Source: Clostridia bacterium (GTDB lineage Bacteria > Bacillota > Clostridia > Christensenellales > Borkfalkiaceae). From it: a stretch of 43,345 nt of DNA. Of the stretch, positions 15,808 through 24,983 are shown piece by piece. Made by a program: the position numbers and the translations under genes. A model generated the notes under the pieces. The model made no database searches. It worked only from the letters and a program-made list of their open reading frames with translations, and was not told where the DNA came from. The DNA lies in contig JAFVDA010000028.1 of NCBI GenBank assembly GCA_017478765.1, positions 1-43,345 on the forward strand, in the 5' to 3' direction. The first letter of the stretch is position 1. Each line of letters opens with the position of its first letter.

Positions 15808-18800
15808 ATGAAAAGAAAACTTCTCATAGGCATTACTTTCGTACTTGTTTTGGCTGCTTTTTCGCTGCTTACTGCCTGCTCTTTGGGTTTTCTTGTTCCG
15901 GGTTACAATGTTGTTTCGGGTTACAATCAAGATGAGGAATACCATTGGATAGACGGGCAAGAAGAGACCAAGGAAAAGCATGACTTTGAATTGTTGTTTG
16001 AGTATGAAGCCGACTTCTATAACGAAGGACGGGAAAGCTACCAATGTCGCACCTGCGGATATTTGTTGGATATAACTACTCCAAAGATAACGATCGAATA
16101 TCGTTACGACAAAGATAGCAACGGTTATCTTGTAAGTAACGTTTCAATGGACGTGACCGACTTAATTATTCCGGATACCTATAAAGGTTTACCGGTTATC
16201 GGGTTTGATAACGGGGTGCATTTGGGTGGTATTTGGGATATTCAAACCGTAAAGTTTGGTGAAAATATTAAGCAAATACCGAAGGATTTATTCAATAACA
16301 ATCACTCATTAAAAGAAGTTGTTATTCCGGGAAGCGTGGAAACTATCGGAGATTATGCCTTTTCACAATGCGAAAATCTTTCGACGGTCGTTATTGCCGA
16401 CGGAGTGAAAACTATCGGAGATTATGCATTTTCAGGGTGTTCAAGTCTCGAAACCGTTAAGCTACCTGCTAATATCGAGATGATCGGCAATGGAATGTTT
16501 TCTAATTGCACGAGTTTATCAACGATCACGATCCCCGAAACCGTTCATACGATCGGTTATTACGCATTTTCTGATTCGGGGCTGAAAGAAATAACTATCC
16601 CTTCGGGCGTGACATATATCGGTGATTATGCGTTCTATAAATGTAACGATTTGACGACCTTGTCTATTTTATGTGAAGTTGCGTCTATCGGTGAATACGC
16701 TTTCGATGATTGCGGTAGCCTAACTGATTTGTCCATACCCACTTCGGCTATATCGCATTTTAATAATGAAAACATAAGGACGATTGTTTTTACAAGTGGT
16801 TCCGAGTTGAAAACTGACTATATGACCATGTCTAACTTGCGAAGCGTGACCATTCCTTCAAGCGTTCGATCGATAACCGGCGGAGGGTTTTACAACAGTT
16901 CACATTTGTACGAAATTTTTAACTATTCGTCTTTACCGATAACGGCGGGTTCCGATGATTATTACGGAATAGCGTATTATGCTAAAGTTGTTTATACCGA
17001 GCCGCACGAAAGCGGTTATTACGTGGACGACGGGTTCGACCTGTTTACGTATGAAGACGGCAAACTATTACTCGGTTATACGGGTGAAAAAACGCAACTT
17101 GTTTTGCCAAAAGGAGTTACCGAGATTGCAGTTAGTGCGTTTTACAAAGTGTCGGGGATCACGAGCGTAGTTATGCCGGAAAGTTTGACTTTGATTGACG
17201 ATTATGCTTTTTCCGAATGCGTCGATCTTACGAGTATTTCTTTCAATCAAGGGTTGACTTCCATCGGTGAAAGAGCGTTTTTCAACTGTAAAAAACTTAG
17301 CGAGTTGATTTTGCCTTCAACGTTGACGAGTATAGGCGAGTACTCATTTTATCAATGCGGAATAACCAACCTGACCATACCGGACGGTTTGACGGAGATA
17401 GGATATAGAGCGTTTTATTCTTGCCGTATAACACAGGCAACGCTTCCCATATCCGCTTTGAACTTTATCAATAATAGATACTTGACCAAGGTTGTTTTAA
17501 CTTCCGGCGAAGAGATACCGGCATTCGCCTTTGGAGAATGCAAAGACTTGACCGACGTAACCATTCCTTCAAGCGTGACTGTCATTTATGAGGATGCATT
17601 TTTCAATACCGGACTGTATTTAGATGAGAACAATTGGGAAAACGGTCTATTATACTTGGGAGATTGGCTGATTGGCGCTGATTCCTCTGTTGAAGAATTT
17701 ACTATATCTGCCGATGACAAAGTGGCGTCCGGTGCATTCAAATATAGTTCGCTTAAGAAAGTTACTATCGAGGACGGCGTTGAAATAATCGGCGGATATA
17801 TGTTTTCCGATTGCGAATATCTTGAAAGCGTGAGCATTCCTTCAACCGTTACGACTATTGATAATTATGCTTTTGTGGGATGTTATAATCTTAAACTCAT
17901 AACGCTTCCCGTTAGCGTGACAACCATAGGCTACGCGGCGTTCAGTGGTTGCGGCAGAGGAGAGTTTTCAGTTATTTATGAGGGAACCGACGAACAATGG
18001 GACGCTATCGATGCGAACGAACTTTCGGGGTTACCGGAAAGTTATATAAGAACCGTTTCGTTTGAAATTCTGGCAAATGCGGTGAATTCTCGTAACTATA
18101 CTTTGACAGTCGATCAAACAACCTACGCCTACGCCGACGGAATGATCGCGAACGGTTCGGACGTTTACGTGCCCACGGGAACCGATTACACGCAATATAC
18201 TTTTGTCGCCGAAAATAATACCGTTCGTTGGGAAGTGAATGAAAACGTCAAGGATGCCGAAAAATTATATTTGATCGAAAACGGTGTATACGCCGATTTA
18301 CTTTCCGCCGATAGTTTTAACGATCGGTATTTACAAAACGGAGAGATTTTATACTCTTTCAGCTCCGATAATCCTTTGGATAACGGCGTAACGAAACGTT
18401 CTTTGACGAGAACCGAAAAAGGTTATACGTTTACGATTGAAGTAAACGGAGAAACTCACACTCTTCAAATGGAAAATATAGGCGTAACCGTTATAGATAC
18501 TCCAAGCAATCATCCCGTTGATCTACTAAAACTTACTTTGACATATTACGGGAACTATACTCAAACCAACGAAGGTTATTTCGTTGCCGGAACGCAAAGG
18601 GCTTTGGCTTCGCGCGTGGTAGGAAAACTATCACTCGATAAATGTTCCATTCAGAAAACGACGTATTCTCAGAGTGGTTCGGTTGAATCGCAATCCACCG
18701 TTTACGCCCAAGTGGACGGCGACGACTATTATCTGTATCAGCAAAGTAACGGCACTTACTATAAAGTAAAGGTCGATCAAACCCAATATGAAAAAGCCGT

Positions 18801-19065
18801 TGCGGAAGTTTCTGTCGATCAACGTCAACAGTTGTTTATAAGCAGTCTTTACGAATTGCAGGAGGACGGCAGTTATAAGTTTAACGGCTCAATCGAAATT
18901 GAGGGGCAAGTATTCCGAGACGTGACGTTCATTAAAACCGAAACGGGCGCAGTCATTTCATTCTATATACAGATGGATAACGGTGTGCGTTTAGAGGTTA
19001 CTTATAACTTCAGCAATATCAATTCTACTTCGGTCAATTTGCCTACAAATTACGTATCCGTGTAA
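15808..19065 (+). CDS. BspA-type leucine-rich-repeat (LRR_5-like) surface lipoprotein with an uncharacterised C-terminal region
   Basis: I chose ATG 15808 (MKRKLLIGITFVLVLAAFSLLTAC lipobox). The ORF is open from TTG 15748. It contains many ~23-aa units of the form IPxSVxxIGDYAFSxCxxLxxV. Confidence 0.8.
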   Translation: MKRKLLIGITFVLVLAAFSLLTACSLGFLVPGYNVVSGYNQDEEYHWIDGQEETKEKHDFELLFEYEADFYNEGRESYQCRTCGYLLDITTPKITIEYRYDKDSNGYLVSNVSMDVTDLIIPDTYKGLPVIGFDNGVHLGGIWDIQTVKFGENIKQIPKDLFNNNHSLKEVVIPGSVETIGDYAFSQCENLSTVVIADGVKTIGDYAFSGCSSLETVKLPANIEMIGNGMFSNCTSLSTITIPETVHTIGYYAFSDSGLKEITIPSGVTYIGDYAFYKCNDLTTLSILCEVASIGEYAFDDCGSLTDLSIPTSAISHFNNENIRTIVFTSGSELKTDYMTMSNLRSVTIPSSVRSITGGGFYNSSHLYEIFNYSSLPITAGSDDYYGIAYYAKVVYTEPHESGYYVDDGFDLFTYEDGKLLLGYTGEKTQLVLPKGVTEIAVSAFYKVSGITSVVMPESLTLIDDYAFSECVDLTSISFNQGLTSIGERAFFNCKKLSELILPSTLTSIGEYSFYQCGITNLTIPDGLTEIGYRAFYSCRITQATLPISALNFINNRYLTKVVLTSGEEIPAFAFGECKDLTDVTIPSSVTVIYEDAFFNTGLYLDENNWENGLLYLGDWLIGADSSVEEFTISADDKVASGAFKYSSLKKVTIEDGVEIIGGYMFSDCEYLESVSIPSTVTTIDNYAFVGCYNLKLITLPVSVTTIGYAAFSGCGRGEFSVIYEGTDEQWDAIDANELSGLPESYIRTVSFEILANAVNSRNYTLTVDQTTYAYADGMIANGSDVYVPTGTDYTQYTFVAENNTVRWEVNENVKDAEKLYLIENGVYADLLSADSFNDRYLQNGEILYSFSSDNPLDNGVTKRSLTRTEKGYTFTIEVNGETHTLQMENIGVTVIDTPSNHPVDLLKLTLTYYGNYTQTNEGYFVAGTQRALASRVVGKLSLDKCSIQKTTYSQSGSVESQSTVYAQVDGDDYYLYQQSNGTYYKVKVDQTQYEKAVAEVSVDQRQQLFISSLYELQEDGSYKFNGSIEIEGQVFRDVTFIKTETGAVISFYIQMDNGVRLEVTYNFSNINSTSVNLPTNYVSV

Positions 19066-19089
19066 ATTGTAAAACTTTATTATGAATAT

Positions 19090-19125
19090 AAACCAGCCCG
19101 TCCGATAAGTCGGACGGGCTGGTTT
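19090..19125. terminator. Bidirectional terminator between the convergent LRR and dipeptidase genes
   Basis: 16-bp perfect stem AAACCAGCCCGTCCGA / TCGGACGGGCTGGTTT with loop TAAG. It is flanked by A/T runs on both sides. Confidence 0.7.
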
Positions 19126-19167
19126 AATAATCAAAAATAGGGCTATAAGTCGATTATCGGCGTAAAA

Positions 19168-20478
19168 TCAGCAGCAAAGCGTTTTTAACGCGCGATATAA
19201 TATCTCGATCAGTTTATAGAAGTTTTCGATCGGAATATACTCGTTGGGCTGGTGAATGGAGTAGCCTTCTTCACCGAACGAAGGACCGAACGCAACGGCG
19301 CTTTTTAAGGCTCTTGCGTAAGTTCCGCCGCCTATCGCGATGGGTTCGGCGTTATCCCCCGTGACTTGGTTATAGACGTTCAACAAGGTTTGGACCAACT
19401 TTCCGTTTTTGTCCGCGTAGAGCGGCAGTTGGCGGTGCAGCGTTTCATAGGGCGCAAGTTTACTTAATAACGCTGCTATACTCTCGAAAGCGTAAGTTGC
19501 GGGGTAGCGAATATCGACGGTTAAGTAAAGATTTTCATCGTCCGTTTGCGCTACGTCCGGCGAAAATGTCAAAAAGCCCGTTTCGTCGTTCAGTTTGGTC
19601 AAAGACTGAGCGTCCAAAAAGAAGTTTTTATATGCGGACGCATCTAAATATCCGAGCGCGGACAGCATATGAAAGACGGGTTTCAACGCGTTTACTCCCT
19701 TATCGGGGGTGGATCCGTGCGCGGAAACGCCGAAGTTTTCGTATTCGCCCTCTCCCAAAACTTGAATACCGAGTTTTTCGGCGAGCGCGTCGCTATAATC
19801 GGCGTTTAATTTGAATTTGCAGTGGTCGCATACGACGTTTGCCACCGTACCGCCCGATAGGTCGAAGGGTTTTAACTTTTTCAAAGTAAACTTTGCGTGT
19901 ACTATGCCCTTTTCGGCGTAAATGACCGGAAAGTCGGCGTCGGGAGAAATGCCTTCTTCTGGAAGAGTCGCGCACTTTTTATAGTGTTCGATGCAGCCCC
20001 AGCCGCTCTCCTCGTCGCAACCTAAAATAAGGCGGATCTCGCGCGTGGGAGTGATGCCTTCGTCTTTTAGGCGCTTTAACGCGTACAACGTGGCGATTGC
20101 GCCGCACTTATCGTCGAGCGCGCCGCGGGCGTAGAGATTGCTGTCTATCTCGGTAGGGGTAAATGGCGGAGTATTCCAGGAAGAGAGATTGCCTACGGGT
20201 ACTACGTCCAAATGGCAGAGTACGCCGAAGGGTTTGCCTTCGCCGAAGACCACTTCGCCTACGTAATTATCGTAATTGTTTGTCTTAAAGCCGAAACTTT
20301 CCGCCAAATTCAAGGTGTATGTAAGCGCTCGTTTTACGTCAGCGCCGAAAGGCGCGTCCGCCTCGGGTTTACCTTTAACGCTCGGAATGGATAATAGTTC
20401 GCAAAATGCGGTCATTACGTCGGGGTTTTTCAAAAGATTGATCTCCTTATTAAAAAACTTTGTAAATATATTATACAC
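19168..20478 (-). CDS. M20-family dipeptidase (PepV/Sapep-like)
   Basis: Contains the motifs CHLDVVPVG, ARGALDDKCG and GCDEESGW. Confidence 0.85.
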   Translation of the reverse strand: MYNIFTKFFNKEINLLKNPDVMTAFCELLSIPSVKGKPEADAPFGADVKRALTYTLNLAESFGFKTNNYDNYVGEVVFGEGKPFGVLCHLDVVPVGNLSSWNTPPFTPTEIDSNLYARGALDDKCGAIATLYALKRLKDEGITPTREIRLILGCDEESGWGCIEHYKKCATLPEEGISPDADFPVIYAEKGIVHAKFTLKKLKPFDLSGGTVANVVCDHCKFKLNADYSDALAEKLGIQVLGEGEYENFGVSAHGSTPDKGVNALKPVFHMLSALGYLDASAYKNFFLDAQSLTKLNDETGFLTFSPDVAQTDDENLYLTVDIRYPATYAFESIAALLSKLAPYETLHRQLPLYADKNGKLVQTLLNVYNQVTGDNAEPIAIGGGTYARALKSAVAFGPSFGEEGYSIHQPNEYIPIENFYKLIEILYRALKTLCC

Positions 20479-20603
20479 TTTTTCAAAAGTATGGTAAAAT
20501 ATAATAGTACGGCAAACGGGAATTTTTGACGTACAAGTTATTTTTGGTTGAAGACGAAAACGTCAAAATACACAGTTTTATTTCATTCAATTTGGGTTTA
20601 CTT

Positions 20604-21329
20604 ATGACGAAAACACCTATGAAAGATCTTGTCACGCACGAACATCATCGCGATAGGCTCAGAGAAAAGGTTTTCATCGAACCGAATTCTTTGAACGATT
20701 ACGAGATTTTGGAACTCATTTTGTTTAACGCCATACCGAGAAAGAACACTAACGACGTGGCTCATAGGCTTATCGACGCGTTCGGTTCGCTTTCGGCGAC
20801 CTTGCTCGCCCCGCCCGAAGATCTGGTAAAAATCGAGGGCGTAGGCAAATCGACCGCAAGTTATATCGCTATGCTCGGTATCATTTTGGAGCGTAACTTG
20901 GACAAAAAGAGTGATTTTCCGAAAGTGTTTTCGCTTGCGGATATTACAACTCCGCTCGTAAACGCGTTCAAAAGGCTGACGGAAGAAGTTTTCATAGTCT
21001 TCTTTTTGGATAAAAACAACGAGATTGTTTCAAGAAGATATTTTTACAGCAAAAGTAAATTCAAAGTCGATATCGACTTAAAGGAGTTTACCAAATATCT
21101 CAATCTCGTCAAGCCCGAATACGTGGTCATTACGCACAATCACCCGAGCGGTTCGTGCGTTCCAAGCGATGACGACGATAACGCCACCGAAAAAATTTGT
21201 ATGATCTGCGCTCTGCATAGCGTAGGACTGCTCGATCACATTATAGTTTCCGGCGAGGATTATTTTAGTTACTATTACGAGCATAGGCTCGATTATATCA
21301 GAAATAACGTTGAATTAAAGTTGAAATAA
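20604..21329 (+). CDS. radC: RadC-family JAB/MPN domain protein
   Basis: Contains the JAMM motif ITHNHPSGSCVPSDDD and the HhH-like motif LVKIEGVGKSTA. The start is set at ATG 20604. The ORF is open from TTG 20526. Confidence 0.85.
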   Translation: MTKTPMKDLVTHEHHRDRLREKVFIEPNSLNDYEILELILFNAIPRKNTNDVAHRLIDAFGSLSATLLAPPEDLVKIEGVGKSTASYIAMLGIILERNLDKKSDFPKVFSLADITTPLVNAFKRLTEEVFIVFFLDKNNEIVSRRYFYSKSKFKVDIDLKEFTKYLNLVKPEYVVITHNHPSGSCVPSDDDDNATEKICMICALHSVGLLDHIIVSGEDYFSYYYEHRLDYIRNNVELKLK

Positions 21330-21338
21330 GGAGTTTTT

Positions 21339-22775
21339 ATGAAGGTTAGAACGCGTTTTGCGCCCAGCCCTACGGGCTTTATGCATCTTGGCGGAATGAG
21401 AACGGCGCTTTATTGCTACCTGTTTGCAAAGCAACACGGCGGTGATTTTATTTTAAGAATAGAAGATACCGATCAGGAAAGATACGTCGAAGGCGCCGTC
21501 GAGGTTATTTATTCTTCCCTTAAAGAGGGCGGAATGGATTACGACGAGGGTCCCGATAAGGGCGGCGATTACGGTCCTTACGTTCAGAGCGAGAGAAAGG
21601 AAATCTACTTAAAATACGCCAAAGAACTGGTAGAGCGGGGCGGCGCGTACTATTGTTTCTGCACGAAAGAGCGCGTTGAGTCCTTGCGTGACGAGAACGG
21701 CAACGTTCGTTACGATAAGCACTGCTTGCATCTGACGAAGGAAGAAATTCAAAAAAATCTCGAACTCGGCGTTCCTTACGTCATCAGACAAAATATTCCC
21801 GAACACGGGGTTGGTTCGTACGAGGACGCCGTTTACGGGCATATTGCCGTAGATTACAACGAACTCGAAGACGGTATTTTGATAAAGAGCGACGGCTTGC
21901 CCACTTATAACTTCGCCAACGTGGTCGACGACCACCTTATGGGCATCACGCACGTCATAAGGGGTACGGAATACCTTTCGTCCACACCCAAGTACAATCT
22001 TATGTACGACGCCTTCGGTTGGGAACGCCCCGTATACATTCACCTTCCCCCCATTATGAAGGACGCTACGAGAAAACTCTCCAAGCGCTACGGTGACGCC
22101 AACTTCGACGATTTCGTTTCAAAAGGATATCTTCCCGAAGCGATAGTAAACTATATAGCGCTTCTCGGGTGGGCTCCAAAGGATAACAGCGAGAAGATGA
22201 CCATGCAGGAGATGATCGAAAAGTTTTCTTTGGACGGCGTTTCCAAGTCCCCCGCTATCTTCGACGACGTTAAACTGCGTTGGCTCAACGGCGAATACTT
22301 AAAGGCTATGGACGACGAGGCCTTCTATAGAATCTCCGAACCTTTCAGAAAACAATCGAAAACCTACGGGAAGTACGACGGCAGGCTCATTGCGAAACTT
22401 TTGAAAACGAGGATCGAGATAATGAGCGAGATCCCCGAAAAAATCGACTTTTTGGAAGAATACGGCGAATTCGACGTCAATATGTTCTACCATAAGAAGA
22501 TGAAAACGGACACGGAGATGGCAAAAACCGTTTTGCCGCTCGTATATGACGCATTGAACGCCCTTGATAGTTTCGATCATCAATCCATTCACGACGCGCT
22601 TTTATCTCTTGCAACCGAAAAACAGTTCAAGAACGGTCAGATACTTTGGCCGGCTCGAGTGGCTCTCACCGCAAAAGACGTCACTCCCGGCGGCGCGGTC
22701 GAAATGGCTGAGATTTTGGGAAAGGAAGAGAGTTTAAGAAGAATAAAGTTTTCGATGGATCTTTTGAACAAATAA
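21339..22775 (+). CDS. gltX: Glutamate--tRNA ligase
   Basis: Contains the HIGH-type motif PSPTGFMHLGG and the KMSKS-type motif KLSKR. 478 aa. Confidence 0.93.
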   Translation: MKVRTRFAPSPTGFMHLGGMRTALYCYLFAKQHGGDFILRIEDTDQERYVEGAVEVIYSSLKEGGMDYDEGPDKGGDYGPYVQSERKEIYLKYAKELVERGGAYYCFCTKERVESLRDENGNVRYDKHCLHLTKEEIQKNLELGVPYVIRQNIPEHGVGSYEDAVYGHIAVDYNELEDGILIKSDGLPTYNFANVVDDHLMGITHVIRGTEYLSSTPKYNLMYDAFGWERPVYIHLPPIMKDATRKLSKRYGDANFDDFVSKGYLPEAIVNYIALLGWAPKDNSEKMTMQEMIEKFSLDGVSKSPAIFDDVKLRWLNGEYLKAMDDEAFYRISEPFRKQSKTYGKYDGRLIAKLLKTRIEIMSEIPEKIDFLEEYGEFDVNMFYHKKMKTDTEMAKTVLPLVYDALNALDSFDHQSIHDALLSLATEKQFKNGQILWPARVALTAKDVTPGGAVEMAEILGKEESLRRIKFSMDLLNK

Positions 22776-22791
22776 TACTATCGATCATAAC

Positions 22792-22834
22792 AAAACCCCG
22801 ATTTGCGGCTGACGACCGAAATCGGGGGTTTTTA
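22792..22834 (+). terminator. Rho-independent terminator after gltX
   Basis: CCCCGATTT ... AAATCGGGG stem, followed by GTTTTT. Confidence 0.65.
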
Positions 22835-22856
22835 GTTAATAGCGCATAAATTCTAA

Positions 22857-23402
22857 TTATAGCGCCTTGGTCTTTTTATAATCGCATTGGTCGATATAAT
22901 TTGCTATACCGCAAGCGATATAACGCGCCATTTTATATACGGGAGACAGTCTTGTCAAATTCAAAAACTTATAATTTGCTCTCGATTTTTCGGCGACGAT
23001 CCCTATAATGCTCGCATCTCCTATCGCAGGGAGATTTTTATTTACTCCTATCCCGGGTTTGAGTTCTATCGGGGATATTTTAATTTTTCCGACTTCTTGC
23101 GCTTCGCCTATACCTGCGTCGATAACGAGCGTCTTTGCTCCCCTGTGCGTTGACGCAATAAATTCTTTTACGTTTTCAACGTCTTTAGCGGTTACCGGGT
23201 TTGATAACGCGCCGTAGATAAAACAGTCCGTTCCCCTCTCTTTCAGAAGCGTTCCCACTATCGGACCTAAACTGTCGCCGATGGATAGGTCTGTTCCTAT
23301 CGAGATAATAATAGGTTTTTCACCTTTGAAGATTTCGGATATGGCTTTAGTAACATTTGATATTACGTCTTTTTCGTTTATATTGAAATTCCTTGTGATC
23401 AT
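22857..23402 (-). CDS. yyaC: Putative sporulation protein YyaC (GPR/HybD-like protease fold)
   Basis: Contains IISIGTDLSIGDSLGPIVGTLL, as in the YyaC family. 181 aa. Confidence 0.75.
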   Translation of the reverse strand: MITRNFNINEKDVISNVTKAISEIFKGEKPIIISIGTDLSIGDSLGPIVGTLLKERGTDCFIYGALSNPVTAKDVENVKEFIASTHRGAKTLVIDAGIGEAQEVGKIKISPIELKPGIGVNKNLPAIGDASIIGIVAEKSRANYKFLNLTRLSPVYKMARYIACGIANYIDQCDYKKTKAL

Positions 23403-23530
23403 ATCATTGTTATTGACAGGTTTTTACCTTTTAATAACCGAATTTTAAGCGTAAAAAATCTTATTAAACTATTGTAATTTTAATCAAAATGTGGTAATAT
23501 TTAATAACTAATAAGCGATTTGGTATAATT

Positions 23531-24172
23531 ATGATTTTTAATCTGATAATTATCGGGGTAATCGTCGTATTTCTTTTTATCGGTTTTATCAAAGGTTTCT
23601 TCTCGGAACTATTGGGCATCGTAGGATCGGTACTTTCAATCGTATTAGCCGCCGTATTTTGCAACGCTCTCGCCGACTTTTTGATAGATAAAACGGAAAT
23701 ATTCGATTGGTTAAAAAACGGTATCGCGTCCGTGTTCCCTTCGGATATAAGTTCGATAGAAGGTTTGAATTTGCCTGAGTTTATCGTAAACCTTATAAAC
23801 TCTTATCTGTCGAGCGACGACGGAATAACTCTTGCCGAGGCTATTTCAACAACGATAAGTAAACTTATAATTTCATTTGCAAGTTTCTTTATTATCCTTC
23901 TTGCAGTAAAGTTAGTCGTATTAATACTTTCAAAGGTATTAAAGGCTTTGGCGGATTCCATAAAGGTGATCGGCGTTACCAACAGGCTGCTTGGCGCATT
24001 ACTTGGAATAATTAAAGGTCTGTTAATAGTTTGCGGGGCGCTTTACCTTATTGAAATCATTCCGTTTGAGTTTTTGAACGGAGTCAGAGAACTTGTCGAT
24101 CAATCGGTTTTGGCTCAATTCTTTATTAAATATAATATTTACGTATTGATTTTTGCAATAATTAGAATATAA
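23531..24172 (+). CDS. cvpA: CvpA-family membrane protein
   Basis: 213 aa with 4-5 TM helices and an N-terminal IIIGVIVVFLFIGFIKGF pattern. Confidence 0.65.
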   Translation: MIFNLIIIGVIVVFLFIGFIKGFFSELLGIVGSVLSIVLAAVFCNALADFLIDKTEIFDWLKNGIASVFPSDISSIEGLNLPEFIVNLINSYLSSDDGITLAEAISTTISKLIISFASFFIILLAVKLVVLILSKVLKALADSIKVIGVTNRLLGALLGIIKGLLIVCGALYLIEIIPFEFLNGVRELVDQSVLAQFFIKYNIYVLIFAIIRI

Positions 24173-24179
24173 CTGTTTT

Positions 24180-24216
24180 TCGTAACGCTTTTAATTAAAG
24201 GCGTTACGATTTTTTA
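24180..24216 (+). terminator. Rho-independent terminator after cvpA
   Basis: TCGTAACGC ... GCGTTACGA stem, followed by TTTTTT. Confidence 0.6.
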
Positions 24217-24517
24217 TAGTTATTCATTATTATACATAAATGTGTGCATAATTTTAATAATTATTCAAAATTATTTATAAGATAAATTTTTGAAAGTGCT
24301 TTCTAACCGTGAAACATTCTTATTTGTCAAATTATTTTTTGAAACTTGGTTTTTAGAGCGTTTTTATCGATTTTATGGTAAAATACCCCGATTTTGACCA
24401 TAAAAAGGCACTAAATCACACTGTTTTTATATTATATTCTTAAAGAAAATTTTAATAAAATTTTTCAAATTTACTTCTTCGTGAAACATTTCGGGTTTTG
24501 CAAAGTCGATTTTTCTA

Positions 24518-24533
24518 TGTTTCACGTGAAATA
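24518..24533. other. parS centromere-like site (15/16 match)
   Basis: TGTTTCACGTGAAATA compared with consensus TGTTTCACGTGAAACA. Confidence 0.75.
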
Positions 24534-24610
24534 TTTACAAATAATTATACAGTAATATTTGAATATAATAAAAGTTTTTAAATTTTATGTCGAAGTGTTA
24601 GCGCAAAGAT

Positions 24611-24626
24611 TGTTTCACGTGAAACT
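24611..24626. other. parS centromere-like site (15/16 match)
   Basis: TGTTTCACGTGAAACT compared with consensus TGTTTCACGTGAAACA. Confidence 0.75.
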
Positions 24627-24824
24627 AATTTTGCGTATAAGCAAAATATAAGTGCAAAGAAATAAAAAATAGAAAAAAGATAGAAGCAAAATTATCTCCA
24701 AATAAAATTCCATTCTGTCTCAATGCGTTAAAAACGTTCTTTTTTTAGAATAAAACAAAAGAGTGAAGAAAACAAAAAGAATATGAAGATATTCTAAAAT
24801 AAGAATTCAACACCGTAAAATTAC

Positions 24825-24853
24825 TTGAAGTTGCATTTGATATATGATATAAT
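24825..24853 (+). promoter_or_regulatory. Sigma-A type promoter upstream of ftsH
   Basis: TTGAAG, a 17-nt spacer, then TATAAT. This implies a leader of about 125 nt. Confidence 0.55.
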
Positions 24854-24983
24854 AAATAAGATAATTGTTGCGGATAACGCAAGTTGGTCGGGCAGCGCCT
24901 TATAAAACTATGAATAACGGCGCTCAATATAAATAATTTATCTTATTTTGAATAATCTAATATAAGGAGGCTTTTATTAAAAG

